DNA of 64,000 bases from an uncultured Bradymonadales bacterium (GTDB lineage Bacteria; Myxococcota_A; Bradymonadia; Bradymonadales; Bradymonadaceae): assembly GCA_964600555.1 (NCBI GenBank), contig CAZRLK010000003.1, positions 4,854 to 68,853 of the forward strand, given 5' to 3'. Below, piece by piece: positions 37,901 through 46,002 of the stretch. How positions within the stretch are numbered: position 1 is the first letter of the stretch; every line of letters begins with the position of its first letter. Both the position numbers and the translations under genes were made by a program. Under the pieces are notes generated by a model. The model did not search any database. It was not told where the DNA came from and saw only the letters and a list, made by a program, of their open reading frames with translations.

Positions 37901-38981
37901 CGTCGACGTGGCACCGTCGATCTGCACGCCGGAGAATGTTGTCTGCGGGTCGAATGGAAACGTCCAGTACTGCGAGCAGCCGGGACTGAGCCAGAAGGCC
38001 TTCGCGTGTGACTCGAATGGCTGCTCGAGTGGCGTTTGCAACAGCAAGAATGCGGAGCACTGCTATGACCCCGACAATATCACGACGGACGTAGAGTCGG
38101 GGACGTTCAGTACCAGTGAGTTGTGGACGGACTTCGACAACGACTACGTCGGGAGTGGCTGTGGAAATATCGGAACCTCGGAGTCTGGCGGGCCGGAGTC
38201 GGTGTATCGCGTGGATCTTGAGGCAACCCAGACGGACGCGAAGCGATTGAGCGCGTCGCTGTCCGGTGATTCCGAGGACCATGCACTTTACGTCACTGAT
38301 GAGGCGAGCTGTGGGGCGGATCTTTCCGGTGCTGCCTGTCTGGCGTCGGCAACGGCGAGCGACGGAGCAACGGCGGACGTGACCTACACGAGTGGGACGA
38401 GCCCGGAAACCGTATACCTGGTGGCAGAAGGGTCCGATACGTCCGGCGAGGAGTACACCCTGGAAGCGAGCACGGAGTCTGTGTGTGCGTTGGGGACGGT
38501 CACGTGCAGCAGTGGGGGTGACATGGAATATTGCCCGCTGGGCTCGACGAGTCGCGAAACTGCCTCCTGTGAGGGTTGTTGTTCCGACGGGCTCGGCGGT
38601 GGATCCGACGTGAGTCGCTCGGTTCCCGCCGGCGGTACGATTACCGAGTCGGTGGATCTCGGGGCATGTCCGTCTGGCTCGGTCAGCCAGGTGCTGGTGG
38701 GCGTGCGTATGCCCGAGACCTTCCACATTGAAATTGAACTGCAGATTACGAGTCCGAGTGGCACGAATTTGACGCTGATGGAAGGGTCGGGTTCGCGAGG
38801 GAGTGGCTTCGGATATGGTATTGACGGAGTGTTTCCTCTCGGTGAATACCATTCCGCGGATTCGCTCGATCAACTTCAAGGCGAACCGGCCGCGGGAACG
38901 TGGACACTCACGGTCAACGAAGTTGGCGGATTTACATCCTATCCGTTCGAAGGATGGCACGTATCCGTTGCCTGCGACTGA
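34980..38981 (+). CDS. Giant Cys-rich modular lipoprotein, paralog A (1333 aa): Cys-knot array + PPC-like modules + C-terminal proprotein-convertase P-domain
   Basis: ATG at 34980 after CAGGAG (an in-frame ATG lies 9 codons upstream at 34953). Lipobox LVGLVALAACGQD. CAETTCQFGVCN... Cys modules. FEDNDTAENATDF...LCPDDTDVYTF (PPC-type signature). C-terminus ...IELQITSPSGTNLTLMEG...GEPAAGTWTLTVNEVGG...GWHVSVACD (P-domain-like). Confidence 0.8.
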   Translation: MSARIPRWTYRAVLSGWMLVGLVALAACGQDNPSGTDPCAETTCQFGVCNSDAGGACTNPETCRESSECLPGYECGPDGSCVAASSCSSDGDCESGVCESGACVNPETCGSDEECLPRTYCAADGTCQPDPCNNTECERGTCERGTGECVEAESCTEETEYRDCLSDQQCIDGTCQTEEEFCDSLTCDPGVCSFEEQGCVEPDECESDEDCFEGNRCNDMNRCVENPCEQGDVECEGDGVCDPASGMCENAETCTSTSDCTNSPKHICVQGTCRLEASACGDAEGEGGCPGNQVCQYSEEGLRASCIEPEDCDTSIDCQESRQCNGRNCVAPSSCRADRFEDNDTAENATDFPSVSMDNALTASLCPDDTDVYTFSTTDLVDESATGTLLVEFHLPRADVGLGALEASLNGPDGGEVASGSLEANVDEDHLRLEAELTESSHGEYTIEVAAGASMNTAGLDYDLSVNVATQGVVEACGDAEPLEVGELVSGNTNDGGSSGLELSCAPDADEMNEKIYALQLDSPQELHFEAEPKFSDGDVSLALRSRCTEPATESACVESAGTHEAETLTTVLGAGTHYVVVETRDADASGAFTLQAEHLNDKRCTSRDDYCSGSVTSNKCINDGGRFEQLSCDLGCNPSTGRCYPPTGNYCEEVTTITENASRGFDLREFTDSFDPAPGSCLGDDPRSGGPDRVYEVEIPADQAVQVTANYEREVQGSLYLAESCEELSGSCESGAQDSREEEPYVERLTYSNMSEDTETRYVVVDSEANENLAPVTVNFEYLDITCEPGVHQCGDQTGNQQVCNEYGTAFEMSDECGEWPCQTGDGSSACRRADGCSDVPNITDQVTPDGGNQYTLLWGDYDSSFESDDTCGGSAGIDSSETAGNDAVFEIDVAAGEVLTASAEGNGNYSLYVKESTESPATCGSLADECVAADNRDGGTSAEIGQYFDEDKTVYLVLDTENGQAPDGAYLNVDVAPSICTPENVVCGSNGNVQYCEQPGLSQKAFACDSNGCSSGVCNSKNAEHCYDPDNITTDVESGTFSTSELWTDFDNDYVGSGCGNIGTSESGGPESVYRVDLEATQTDAKRLSASLSGDSEDHALYVTDEASCGADLSGAACLASATASDGATADVTYTSGTSPETVYLVAEGSDTSGEEYTLEASTESVCALGTVTCSSGGDMEYCPLGSTSRETASCEGCCSDGLGGGSDVSRSVPAGGTITESVDLGACPSGSVSQVLVGVRMPETFHIEIELQITSPSGTNLTLMEGSGSRGSGFGYGIDGVFPLGEYHSADSLDQLQGEPAAGTWTLTVNEVGGFTSYPFEGWHVSVACD

Positions 38982-39137
38982 GCGAGCGTGCAGGACCTCG
39001 GGCCATGATCTGCGGTTCATGGGGGCGGCAGCAGTGAGGGACTGCAGGGACGGAAAGAAGACAAGATACGAGGCGTGATCGACAGGCGCAGAGGATTCAT
39101 GAAGGACGCAATGATGGAGACGTCAGGAGTCGAACCG

Positions 39138-42100
39138 ATGAGTACAGCAGTCTGGAAGCGAGGCGTGAAGGCGTTCCTGTTGGGAGCGTTTCTGGTCGGT
39201 CTAATCGGGGCCTCGGGGTGTGGATCCGACGACGACCAGCAACAGCAGTCGCTGTGCGAGGATACGACCTGTCAGTTCGGCACCTGCTCGCCGGAGACCG
39301 GGGAATGTGTCAACGAGTCGGGCTGTCAGGAGGATACCGACTGTCTGCCGGGCTATTCGTGCGGGGAGGGGAACACCTGCGAGGCGGAGCAGACCTGCAC
39401 GACGGACGCCGAATGCGAGATCGGCCAGTGCGACGGCGAGGCGTGCGTCAATCCCGATAGTTGCGAGAGCGACTCGGACTGCCACGAGCGCACCTACTGC
39501 GGGTCGGACGGGACCTGCCAGCCGGACCCGTGCAACCGGACCGACTGCCGGCGGGGTGTCTGCGAGCGGGGAGCCGGGGAGTGCGTCTCGGCGGAGAGCT
39601 GCACGCCGGACAACGAGCTGTACAAATGTGTGGCCGGAGAGCGATGTGCGAACGAGGCGTGTCATCCGCTCGAGGATGCGCGCATCGAGTTTTGCGACTC
39701 CATCACCTGTGACCGCGGTATCTGTAGCTTCGAGGAGCGAAGCTGTGTGAACGCGCCGGACTGCGGCGGCGAGGATGCGAACTGCCTGGAGGGATACTTC
39801 TGCAACGACTCGAATACCTGCCAGCGCAACCTCTGCGACCGCGACGACGTCGACTGCGACGGCGGCGGGGTGTGCGACCCGGTGACCGGCCAGTGCGAAA
39901 ACGCCGAGGAGTGCGAGTCGCACGACGAGTGTCGCTCGACGCCGGAGCACGTCTGCCTGGACGGCACGTGTACGCTGGCGGCCTCGGCGTGCGGGGACGG
40001 GACCGGCGAAGGGGGATGCCCGGGTGACCAGACCTGCGAGATCGATCGCGAGGAGATGACGGCGAGCTGTGTCGAGACGGACGGATGCGACACCTCGATC
40101 GATTGTACCGGCGACCGACAGTGCAACGGAAACACCTGCATCGACCCCGTCACGTGCCGCGAGGACGCCTTCGAGCCAAACGACTCGGCCGAAGAGGCGA
40201 CGAGTTTCTCGAACGCGGCGAAGGACGGGATCTTCAGCGGTTCGTTGTGCAGCGACGATACGGACGTGGTGACCTTCGATACGACCGAGTGGACCGACGA
40301 GTCGACGCAGGCGACGCTGCAGTTGGCGCTCACGATTCCCGAGCGCGACGTCGGGCTCGGCGACGTGCAGGTCGCGGTGACGAATCCGATGGGGACGGAG
40401 GTCGCGAACGAGACGCTCCCGGCGAGTGCCGGCGAGCGGACTCTGACGATCACCTCCTCGCTGGCGGCCGAAGATCACGGAAGCTACACGGTCGAGCTGA
40501 CGCCCGGCGATTCGATGAAAGGCGCCGGCGTCACCTACGAGATGACCGTCGACCTGCTCGACGGTGCGGAGCGGCAGGCATGCGAGAACGCCGAGGAGAT
40601 CGAAGTGCAGCAGCGCCTCTCGGGGACGACGGTCGATTCGACGTCGTCGAGGATCGGCTCGTCGTGTACGCCGCCGGACGGAGAGGACGGGGCCTCGAAC
40701 GAGAAGATCTATCGGCTCGACCTCGAGACCTCGCAGCGGCTCTCGATCGAGGCGACGCCGGAGGTTCCGGCGCCCCCGGAAGACGACGAGGACGACGAGT
40801 GGTCGCCGCCCGAGTCGACGGACCTGTCGGTTTCGGTGCGACGCCGCTGTGCGGAGTCGGCGACGGAGACGGCCTGCGTCGACGATCAGCCGGCGGGCAG
40901 CCCGGAGACGATCGTCCGGAACTTCAGTGCCGGGACGCACTTCATCGTGGTACAGACGCCCGCCGGGACGGACGGCCGGGCCTTCGATTTGACCGTCGAC
41001 CGGATGGCCGAGACGCAGTGTACGGACCGGGCCAACCACTGCTCCGACAGCGACACCTCGCAGGTCTGCGACGTCGAGGGCGGCGGGTTCACGGAGGTCG
41101 AATGTGACGAGGGGTGTCACCCGTCGACCGGCCGGTGCTTTCCGCCGGAGGGCAACGTCTGCCAGGACGCCCCGAGTGTCTCGTGGAGAGATTCGTCGAA
41201 CACCCGCTCGTTCGATCTCCTGCAGTATCGGAACAACTACGAGCTCGGCACCGACAGTTGCATCGATGCCGACGATCCGCGGACCGGCGGGCCGGACAAA
41301 GCCTACACGATCGAACTCGATCCCGAGCAGTCGGTCAACGTGAGCGCGGAGTTCGAAAACGATGTCGAGGGCGTGTTGTACGTCGCCGAGGAGTGCGGGG
41401 CGGCCGGCGACTCTTGCATCACCAGCGCCCAGGGGACGACCGAGAGTCCGTACCGCGAATCGCTCGACTACTCGAACACCTCGAGTCAGACCGAGACGGT
41501 GACGCTGGTCGTCGACACGGCGGCCGGGCAAAACTACGGGAACGTACAGCTGGAGTTCGAGTATCCGGAGGTCGTCTGCCAGCCCGGCACGAAAGTCTGT
41601 ACGCTCGACGACACGGTCGACACCTGCGGGGAGTACGGTCGGGAGTACAATCAGACCGACACCTGCGGGGTCGGCTGTACGTCGGGGACGTGTGACGGAG
41701 AGACCTGCGGCCAGCCGCAAGATATCACACAGGAGGTTCGTCGGGAGGGTGGGACGCGGATCTTCGCCTCGTGGGACGATTTCAACAACGACTACAACAG
41801 CACGTGCGGAAATCTCGGAGAGGGTGCGACCAACGGAGGCGACGCCGTCTTCGCGATCGACATGCAGGCCGACGACGTGCTGGAGGCGACGCTCAGCGGC
41901 GACGATACCGACGTCGGGATGTACCTGACGTCGAGTTGCAGTTCGACCGACAGTTGTCTCGCTTCCGTGCAGACGAACGGTCTGTCGGGGAGCCTCTCAT
42001 ATCACGCCGACACCCAGGAAACGGTGTATTTGCACGCCGACGCCGATGGAGGATCGTCCGGAGAATTCATGCTCGAGGTCAATACCAGCGAGTACGTGTG

Positions 42101-43196
42101 TACGCCGAACACCGTCGATGGATGCACGGACGGTGGAGACGTCGCCTACTGCTCGTCAAGTGGTGCGCAGAAGCTGACCTATGATTGCGGAACGGGCGGC
42201 TGCACGGACGCAATGTGTGACGATCGTGGATCGGACTATTGCTTCGACGCCGAAAACATCACTCAGGAGGCGCGTGGAGCTGACGGCGTGAACCGGGACC
42301 CGAACTGGGCGGCGCACGACAACAATCTGTCGTTCGACGCCTGTGGCATCTCCCGGGCCGACTCCCAGGGTCCCGATGCCGTCTACAAGGTCGACCTGGA
42401 GGGCGACGAGACACTGAGAGCGTCGCTGGAGGGTCAGTTGAACGGTCCGGATTCGAACCTGCGGTTGATAGAAGGGTGTATGGAGCCGGGTTCTTCGTGC
42501 AGAGAGGGTGTCATGGATAGCCAGGAGGCGTCTTTGACGTACGAAGCGTCGAGTGCGGAGACGCTGTATCTGGTCGGTGACTTCAACGACAGCGATCCGG
42601 GTAGCAACGAGTTCGAGGCGACGGTGCGGACCCGCTGCTCGACGACCGGTGCGACCAGTTGCGGGACGCGCGACCGTGTCCAGCACTGTACGAGTGAAGG
42701 GCTGGAGACGCCGTTTGGGTGTACGGACTGCTGCGGATCCGCCGGTGGAGGATTCGACGACGTCGGGATTGACCCCATTCCGATCGCCGACCCCGAATGG
42801 GATGAAAACACGAACCCGGATCCCGATCCGTCGACCGGCTTGACGCGGACGATCAACGTCCAGGGCTGTAGCGGGGACGTCTCCGATGTGCAGGTCGGGC
42901 CGGACATCGGCGACGGCAGTTTCCAGACCCAGTACCGACACAATCTGGTGATGGCCCTCGAGAGTCCGTCGGGCACGCTCGTCGACCTGGAGGACAAAGA
43001 AGACGAGTTCGAAGACTTCGATCCGTTCGGCCGGCTGAACTTTTACCCGCGGGACTACGAGCCCGAGGATTCGCTGGATGCCTTCAACGGCGAGAATGCG
43101 AACGGCGACTGGAACCTCCACGTGGCGCGGACCGGAGACGACGAGACGCTTCAGGGGCCGTTTCACTCCTGGTCGCTTCTCGTCGCGTGCGACTGA
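39138..43196 (+). CDS. Giant Cys-rich modular lipoprotein, paralog B (1352 aa), same architecture with C-terminal P-domain
   Basis: ATG at 39138 after CAGGAG (upstream in-frame ATG at 39111). Lipobox LVGLIGASGCGSD. CEDTTCQFGTCS... colinear with paralog A. FEPNDSAEEATSF...LCSDDTDVVTF. C-terminus NLVMALESPSGTLVDLED...GENANGDWNLHVARTGDD...SWSLLVACD. Confidence 0.8.
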   Translation: MSTAVWKRGVKAFLLGAFLVGLIGASGCGSDDDQQQQSLCEDTTCQFGTCSPETGECVNESGCQEDTDCLPGYSCGEGNTCEAEQTCTTDAECEIGQCDGEACVNPDSCESDSDCHERTYCGSDGTCQPDPCNRTDCRRGVCERGAGECVSAESCTPDNELYKCVAGERCANEACHPLEDARIEFCDSITCDRGICSFEERSCVNAPDCGGEDANCLEGYFCNDSNTCQRNLCDRDDVDCDGGGVCDPVTGQCENAEECESHDECRSTPEHVCLDGTCTLAASACGDGTGEGGCPGDQTCEIDREEMTASCVETDGCDTSIDCTGDRQCNGNTCIDPVTCREDAFEPNDSAEEATSFSNAAKDGIFSGSLCSDDTDVVTFDTTEWTDESTQATLQLALTIPERDVGLGDVQVAVTNPMGTEVANETLPASAGERTLTITSSLAAEDHGSYTVELTPGDSMKGAGVTYEMTVDLLDGAERQACENAEEIEVQQRLSGTTVDSTSSRIGSSCTPPDGEDGASNEKIYRLDLETSQRLSIEATPEVPAPPEDDEDDEWSPPESTDLSVSVRRRCAESATETACVDDQPAGSPETIVRNFSAGTHFIVVQTPAGTDGRAFDLTVDRMAETQCTDRANHCSDSDTSQVCDVEGGGFTEVECDEGCHPSTGRCFPPEGNVCQDAPSVSWRDSSNTRSFDLLQYRNNYELGTDSCIDADDPRTGGPDKAYTIELDPEQSVNVSAEFENDVEGVLYVAEECGAAGDSCITSAQGTTESPYRESLDYSNTSSQTETVTLVVDTAAGQNYGNVQLEFEYPEVVCQPGTKVCTLDDTVDTCGEYGREYNQTDTCGVGCTSGTCDGETCGQPQDITQEVRREGGTRIFASWDDFNNDYNSTCGNLGEGATNGGDAVFAIDMQADDVLEATLSGDDTDVGMYLTSSCSSTDSCLASVQTNGLSGSLSYHADTQETVYLHADADGGSSGEFMLEVNTSEYVCTPNTVDGCTDGGDVAYCSSSGAQKLTYDCGTGGCTDAMCDDRGSDYCFDAENITQEARGADGVNRDPNWAAHDNNLSFDACGISRADSQGPDAVYKVDLEGDETLRASLEGQLNGPDSNLRLIEGCMEPGSSCREGVMDSQEASLTYEASSAETLYLVGDFNDSDPGSNEFEATVRTRCSTTGATSCGTRDRVQHCTSEGLETPFGCTDCCGSAGGGFDDVGIDPIPIADPEWDENTNPDPDPSTGLTRTINVQGCSGDVSDVQVGPDIGDGSFQTQYRHNLVMALESPSGTLVDLEDKEDEFEDFDPFGRLNFYPRDYEPEDSLDAFNGENANGDWNLHVARTGDDETLQGPFHSWSLLVACD

Positions 43197-43333
43197 GCAG
43201 GCCCGACGTCCCGTCGCCCGACCGGCGGCGGGAGTGGGAGTGAACGAACAGCAGGACAGAGAGACGACGATCAGGTAGGTGTGTGGAGACTCGCACGGAA
43301 GAACCAATGTTGGTGACGTCAGGAGTACAAAAG

Positions 43334-45889
43334 ATGACCGACTCGATCTCGCGGATGCAACGCTTGGCTCTGCTCGCAGGGTTGGTGGCCCTGGGGGCGG
43401 GGATGTTCGTCGGATGCGGTGGAGACGACGATCCGCCGCCTCCCTGTGAGAACACGACCTGCCAGTTCGGCACCTGCTCGAACGAGGCCGACGGGGAGTG
43501 TGTGAACATGGATTCGTGCAGCGAGCACGACGACTGCGTGCCGGGGTATGTCTGCGGGGCGGACAACACCTGCGAGGCGCAGACGACGTGTGAGTCGGAC
43601 TCGGACTGCGAGCAGGGCATCTGCGGGGACGACGGGGTGTGCGTCAATCCCGACAGTTGCGAGCAGGACTCGGAGTGTGTCGACCGGACGTACTGCGGGG
43701 AGGAGGGCACCTGCCGACCCGACCCGTGCAACGAGGTGAACTGCGAGCGCGGAAGCTGCGAGCGGGGCACCGGCCAGTGCGTCTCCTCGGAGACGTGCAC
43801 GCCGGAGACGCAGGCGCTCGACTGCGTGCCGGGCGAGAAATGCATCGATGCGGGCTGCGAGGAGCAGGAGGCGTACTGCGAGACGATGACCTGTGAGCGG
43901 GGCGTCTGCAGCTTCGAGCAGGAGGGCTGTGTGAACGCCCGAGAATGCTCCGGCGACGAGGAGTGTGTCGAGGGGTATTTCTGCAACGACTCGGGGCAAT
44001 GCCAGGTGAATGTCTGCGAGCGCGACAACGTCACCTGCGATCCGTGTGAGCGGGCGACCGGAGGTTGTCCCGAGCGGGACGAATGTGAATCGAGCGCGGA
44101 CTGCATCAACGATCCAAACCACCTTTGCGTCGAGGGCACCTGCGAACTCGAATCGGTGGCCTGTGGGGACTCGGGCGGGGACGGGGGCTGCCCGGGCAAC
44201 CGCACCTGCAGCTACGACGCCGACAGCCTCGAGGCGACCTGCGAAGAGCCGGATGCCTGCGAGACCTCGATCGACTGCGACGACGGGCGTCGCTGCAACG
44301 GCGAAAGCTGCGTCGACACCATGGCCTGCCAGAACGACGCCTTCGAGCCAAACGAGGGGACCGACGAGGCGGTCGACTTCACGGCGTTTGCCGCGGACAA
44401 CTCGCTCGAGGCGGCGCTGTGCGAGGGCGACACCGACGTGTACGGCTTCGAGACGACGGAGTTCGTCGACGAGGAGTACGAGGGGACGATTCGCGCCGAG
44501 ATCGACGTGCCGCAACGAGACGTCGGGCTCGGGGATGTGGAGTTGAGGCTACTCGACTCCGAGGGGAGCGAAGTGACCAGTGCGACGCTTCCCGCCGGCG
44601 ACACGAGCGGCCACCTGGCGGTCTCGACGGGGGTGACCTCGGGTGAGCACGGCGAATACAGCGTCGAGGTGTCGGCGGGGGACGAGATGAGTTCCGGCGG
44701 CCTCGGCTACACGCTGTCGGTGAATCTGCTGGAGGGGACGGTCGCGGATGCATGCCGGGACGCCGAGAGCGTCGAGATCAACCAGCAGGTCTCGGGGACG
44801 ACCGAGGATGCTCCCTCCTCCGAGATCGGCTCGAGTTGCACGTCGGTCGACAACGCTTCGAACGAAAAGATCTTCCGGCTCGACCTCGAGCAGCCCCAGG
44901 AGATCGACATCGAGGTCGTGCCGCAGTTGAGCAGCGCCGACCTGGCGGTCTCCCTGCGAAAACGGTGCACGGAGCCGTCGACGGAGACGGCGTGCGTCGA
45001 ACAGGCCGACGACGACGGAGCGGAGACGCTCAGTCGGGTGGTCGGCGCCGGCTCGCACTACATCGTCGTGCAGGGCGCGGAGGCGGATACCGGTGGACCG
45101 TTTCAGATGACCGTCGAGCGGGGCTTTACGACCGAATGCGCGCCAGGCGAGGCGTACTGCAGCGGTTCGGAGACGGTGCGTCGATGCACCGACGACGGCG
45201 GCGACTACGAAGAGGTCTCGTGTTCGACGACGAGCTGTGACGTCTCGCACGGGGAGTGTCGGCCGGCCGACAACGATCTGTGTCTCAATGCCTCGTCGAT
45301 CAGTGGGGATACGACCGAGACGGTCGCCCTCGCGGATTTCTCGAACAACTACGAATTCGACGCGGACGACTACGACGAGTTCGACGAAACCGGGTGTCTC
45401 GCGGACGGCGAGCTCGACGACACCAAAACCGACGGTCCCGACCGCAGCTACGAAGTCGAAATCCCGGCGAACACCGAAATGGAGGTCATCACGACCTATC
45501 CGACGGCGGTCGAAGGTTCGGTGTATCTCGCTTCGGAGTGCCGCCGCGACCTGTCGGAAGCCTGCGTGGCGGGGGCGCGGGGCACGGACTACGACTTCGC
45601 CGCGAACAAGGAGCAGCTCGTTTACGCGAACGACTCCAGCGAGGCGCAGACGTACTATCTGGTCGTCGACGTCGGAGCCGACGAGGGCTACGAAGAGGGT
45701 GAAACCGAAGTGCAGTTCACGTTCACCGAGCAGGAGGGAGGCGAGGGCGACACGGGCGTCGATGCCGGCATGGACGCCGGCGGAACGGACGACGCCGGCG
45801 GAACGGACGACGCGGGCATGGACGCGGACGCCGGGATGACAGATGTCGGGTCGACGGACGCCGGACTGGATGCCGCCGACGGCAACTGA
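43334..45889 (+). CDS. Giant Cys-rich modular lipoprotein, paralog C (851 aa), shorter; lacks the P-domain and ends in an Asp/Ala/Gly-rich tail
   Basis: ATG at 43334 after CAGGAG (upstream in-frame ATG at 43307). Lipobox LGAGMFVGCGGDD. CENTTCQFGTCS... colinear with A and B through the first three PPC-like modules. FEPNEGTDEAVDF...LCEGDTDVYGF. Tail DTGVDAGMDAGGTDDAGGTDDAGMDADAGMTDVGSTDAGLDAADGN. Confidence 0.8.
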   Translation: MTDSISRMQRLALLAGLVALGAGMFVGCGGDDDPPPPCENTTCQFGTCSNEADGECVNMDSCSEHDDCVPGYVCGADNTCEAQTTCESDSDCEQGICGDDGVCVNPDSCEQDSECVDRTYCGEEGTCRPDPCNEVNCERGSCERGTGQCVSSETCTPETQALDCVPGEKCIDAGCEEQEAYCETMTCERGVCSFEQEGCVNARECSGDEECVEGYFCNDSGQCQVNVCERDNVTCDPCERATGGCPERDECESSADCINDPNHLCVEGTCELESVACGDSGGDGGCPGNRTCSYDADSLEATCEEPDACETSIDCDDGRRCNGESCVDTMACQNDAFEPNEGTDEAVDFTAFAADNSLEAALCEGDTDVYGFETTEFVDEEYEGTIRAEIDVPQRDVGLGDVELRLLDSEGSEVTSATLPAGDTSGHLAVSTGVTSGEHGEYSVEVSAGDEMSSGGLGYTLSVNLLEGTVADACRDAESVEINQQVSGTTEDAPSSEIGSSCTSVDNASNEKIFRLDLEQPQEIDIEVVPQLSSADLAVSLRKRCTEPSTETACVEQADDDGAETLSRVVGAGSHYIVVQGAEADTGGPFQMTVERGFTTECAPGEAYCSGSETVRRCTDDGGDYEEVSCSTTSCDVSHGECRPADNDLCLNASSISGDTTETVALADFSNNYEFDADDYDEFDETGCLADGELDDTKTDGPDRSYEVEIPANTEMEVITTYPTAVEGSVYLASECRRDLSEACVAGARGTDYDFAANKEQLVYANDSSEAQTYYLVVDVGADEGYEEGETEVQFTFTEQEGGEGDTGVDAGMDAGGTDDAGGTDDAGMDADAGMTDVGSTDAGLDAADGN

Positions 45890-45921
45890 CGTCGGTGCAA
45901 TGAAAAGTCGAGCTTTCGCAC

Positions 45922-45967
45922 AAAAAACCCGGCCCGGACTCGCTCGTAGAGTCCGGGCCGGGTTTTT
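45922..45967. terminator. Strong bidirectional rho-independent terminator between paralog C (+) and yebC (-)
   Basis: AAAAAACCCGGCCCGGACTC-GCTCGTA-GAGTCCGGGCCGGGTTTTT: a perfect 15-bp stem and 7-nt loop, with an A-run on one side and a T-run on the other. Confidence 0.9.
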
Positions 45968-46002
45968 GTCGTTCGAAGGAAGCGGCGACGAAGGCGAAGG
46001 CG

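Noticed and set aside
34893-41720. Very long minus-strand ORFs (34893-39020, 1375 aa; 39201-41720, 839 aa) antisense to the giant paralogs
   Set aside because: The composition is Arg/Ala/Val/Gly-dominated with no motifs. The plus-strand frames have lipoboxes, RBSs and conserved domain signatures shared by three paralogs. These are antisense shadows.
34980-43196. Annotating the P-domain proteins as subtilisin/kexin-like proprotein convertases
   Set aside because: No Asp/His/Ser subtilase motifs (D-T/S-G, H-G-T, G-T-S-x-A-x-P) are visible anywhere in the proteins. Only the C-terminal P-domain-like segment is present.
32470-46002. Classical mobile genomic island (integrase, transposase, tRNA-att)
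   Set aside because: I found no integrase, transposase, recombinase or phage-like gene, no flanking direct repeats of the island as a whole, and no tRNA at either border. The only tRNA is 26 kb away. I keep the operon-splitting observation but do not call the block a mobile element.
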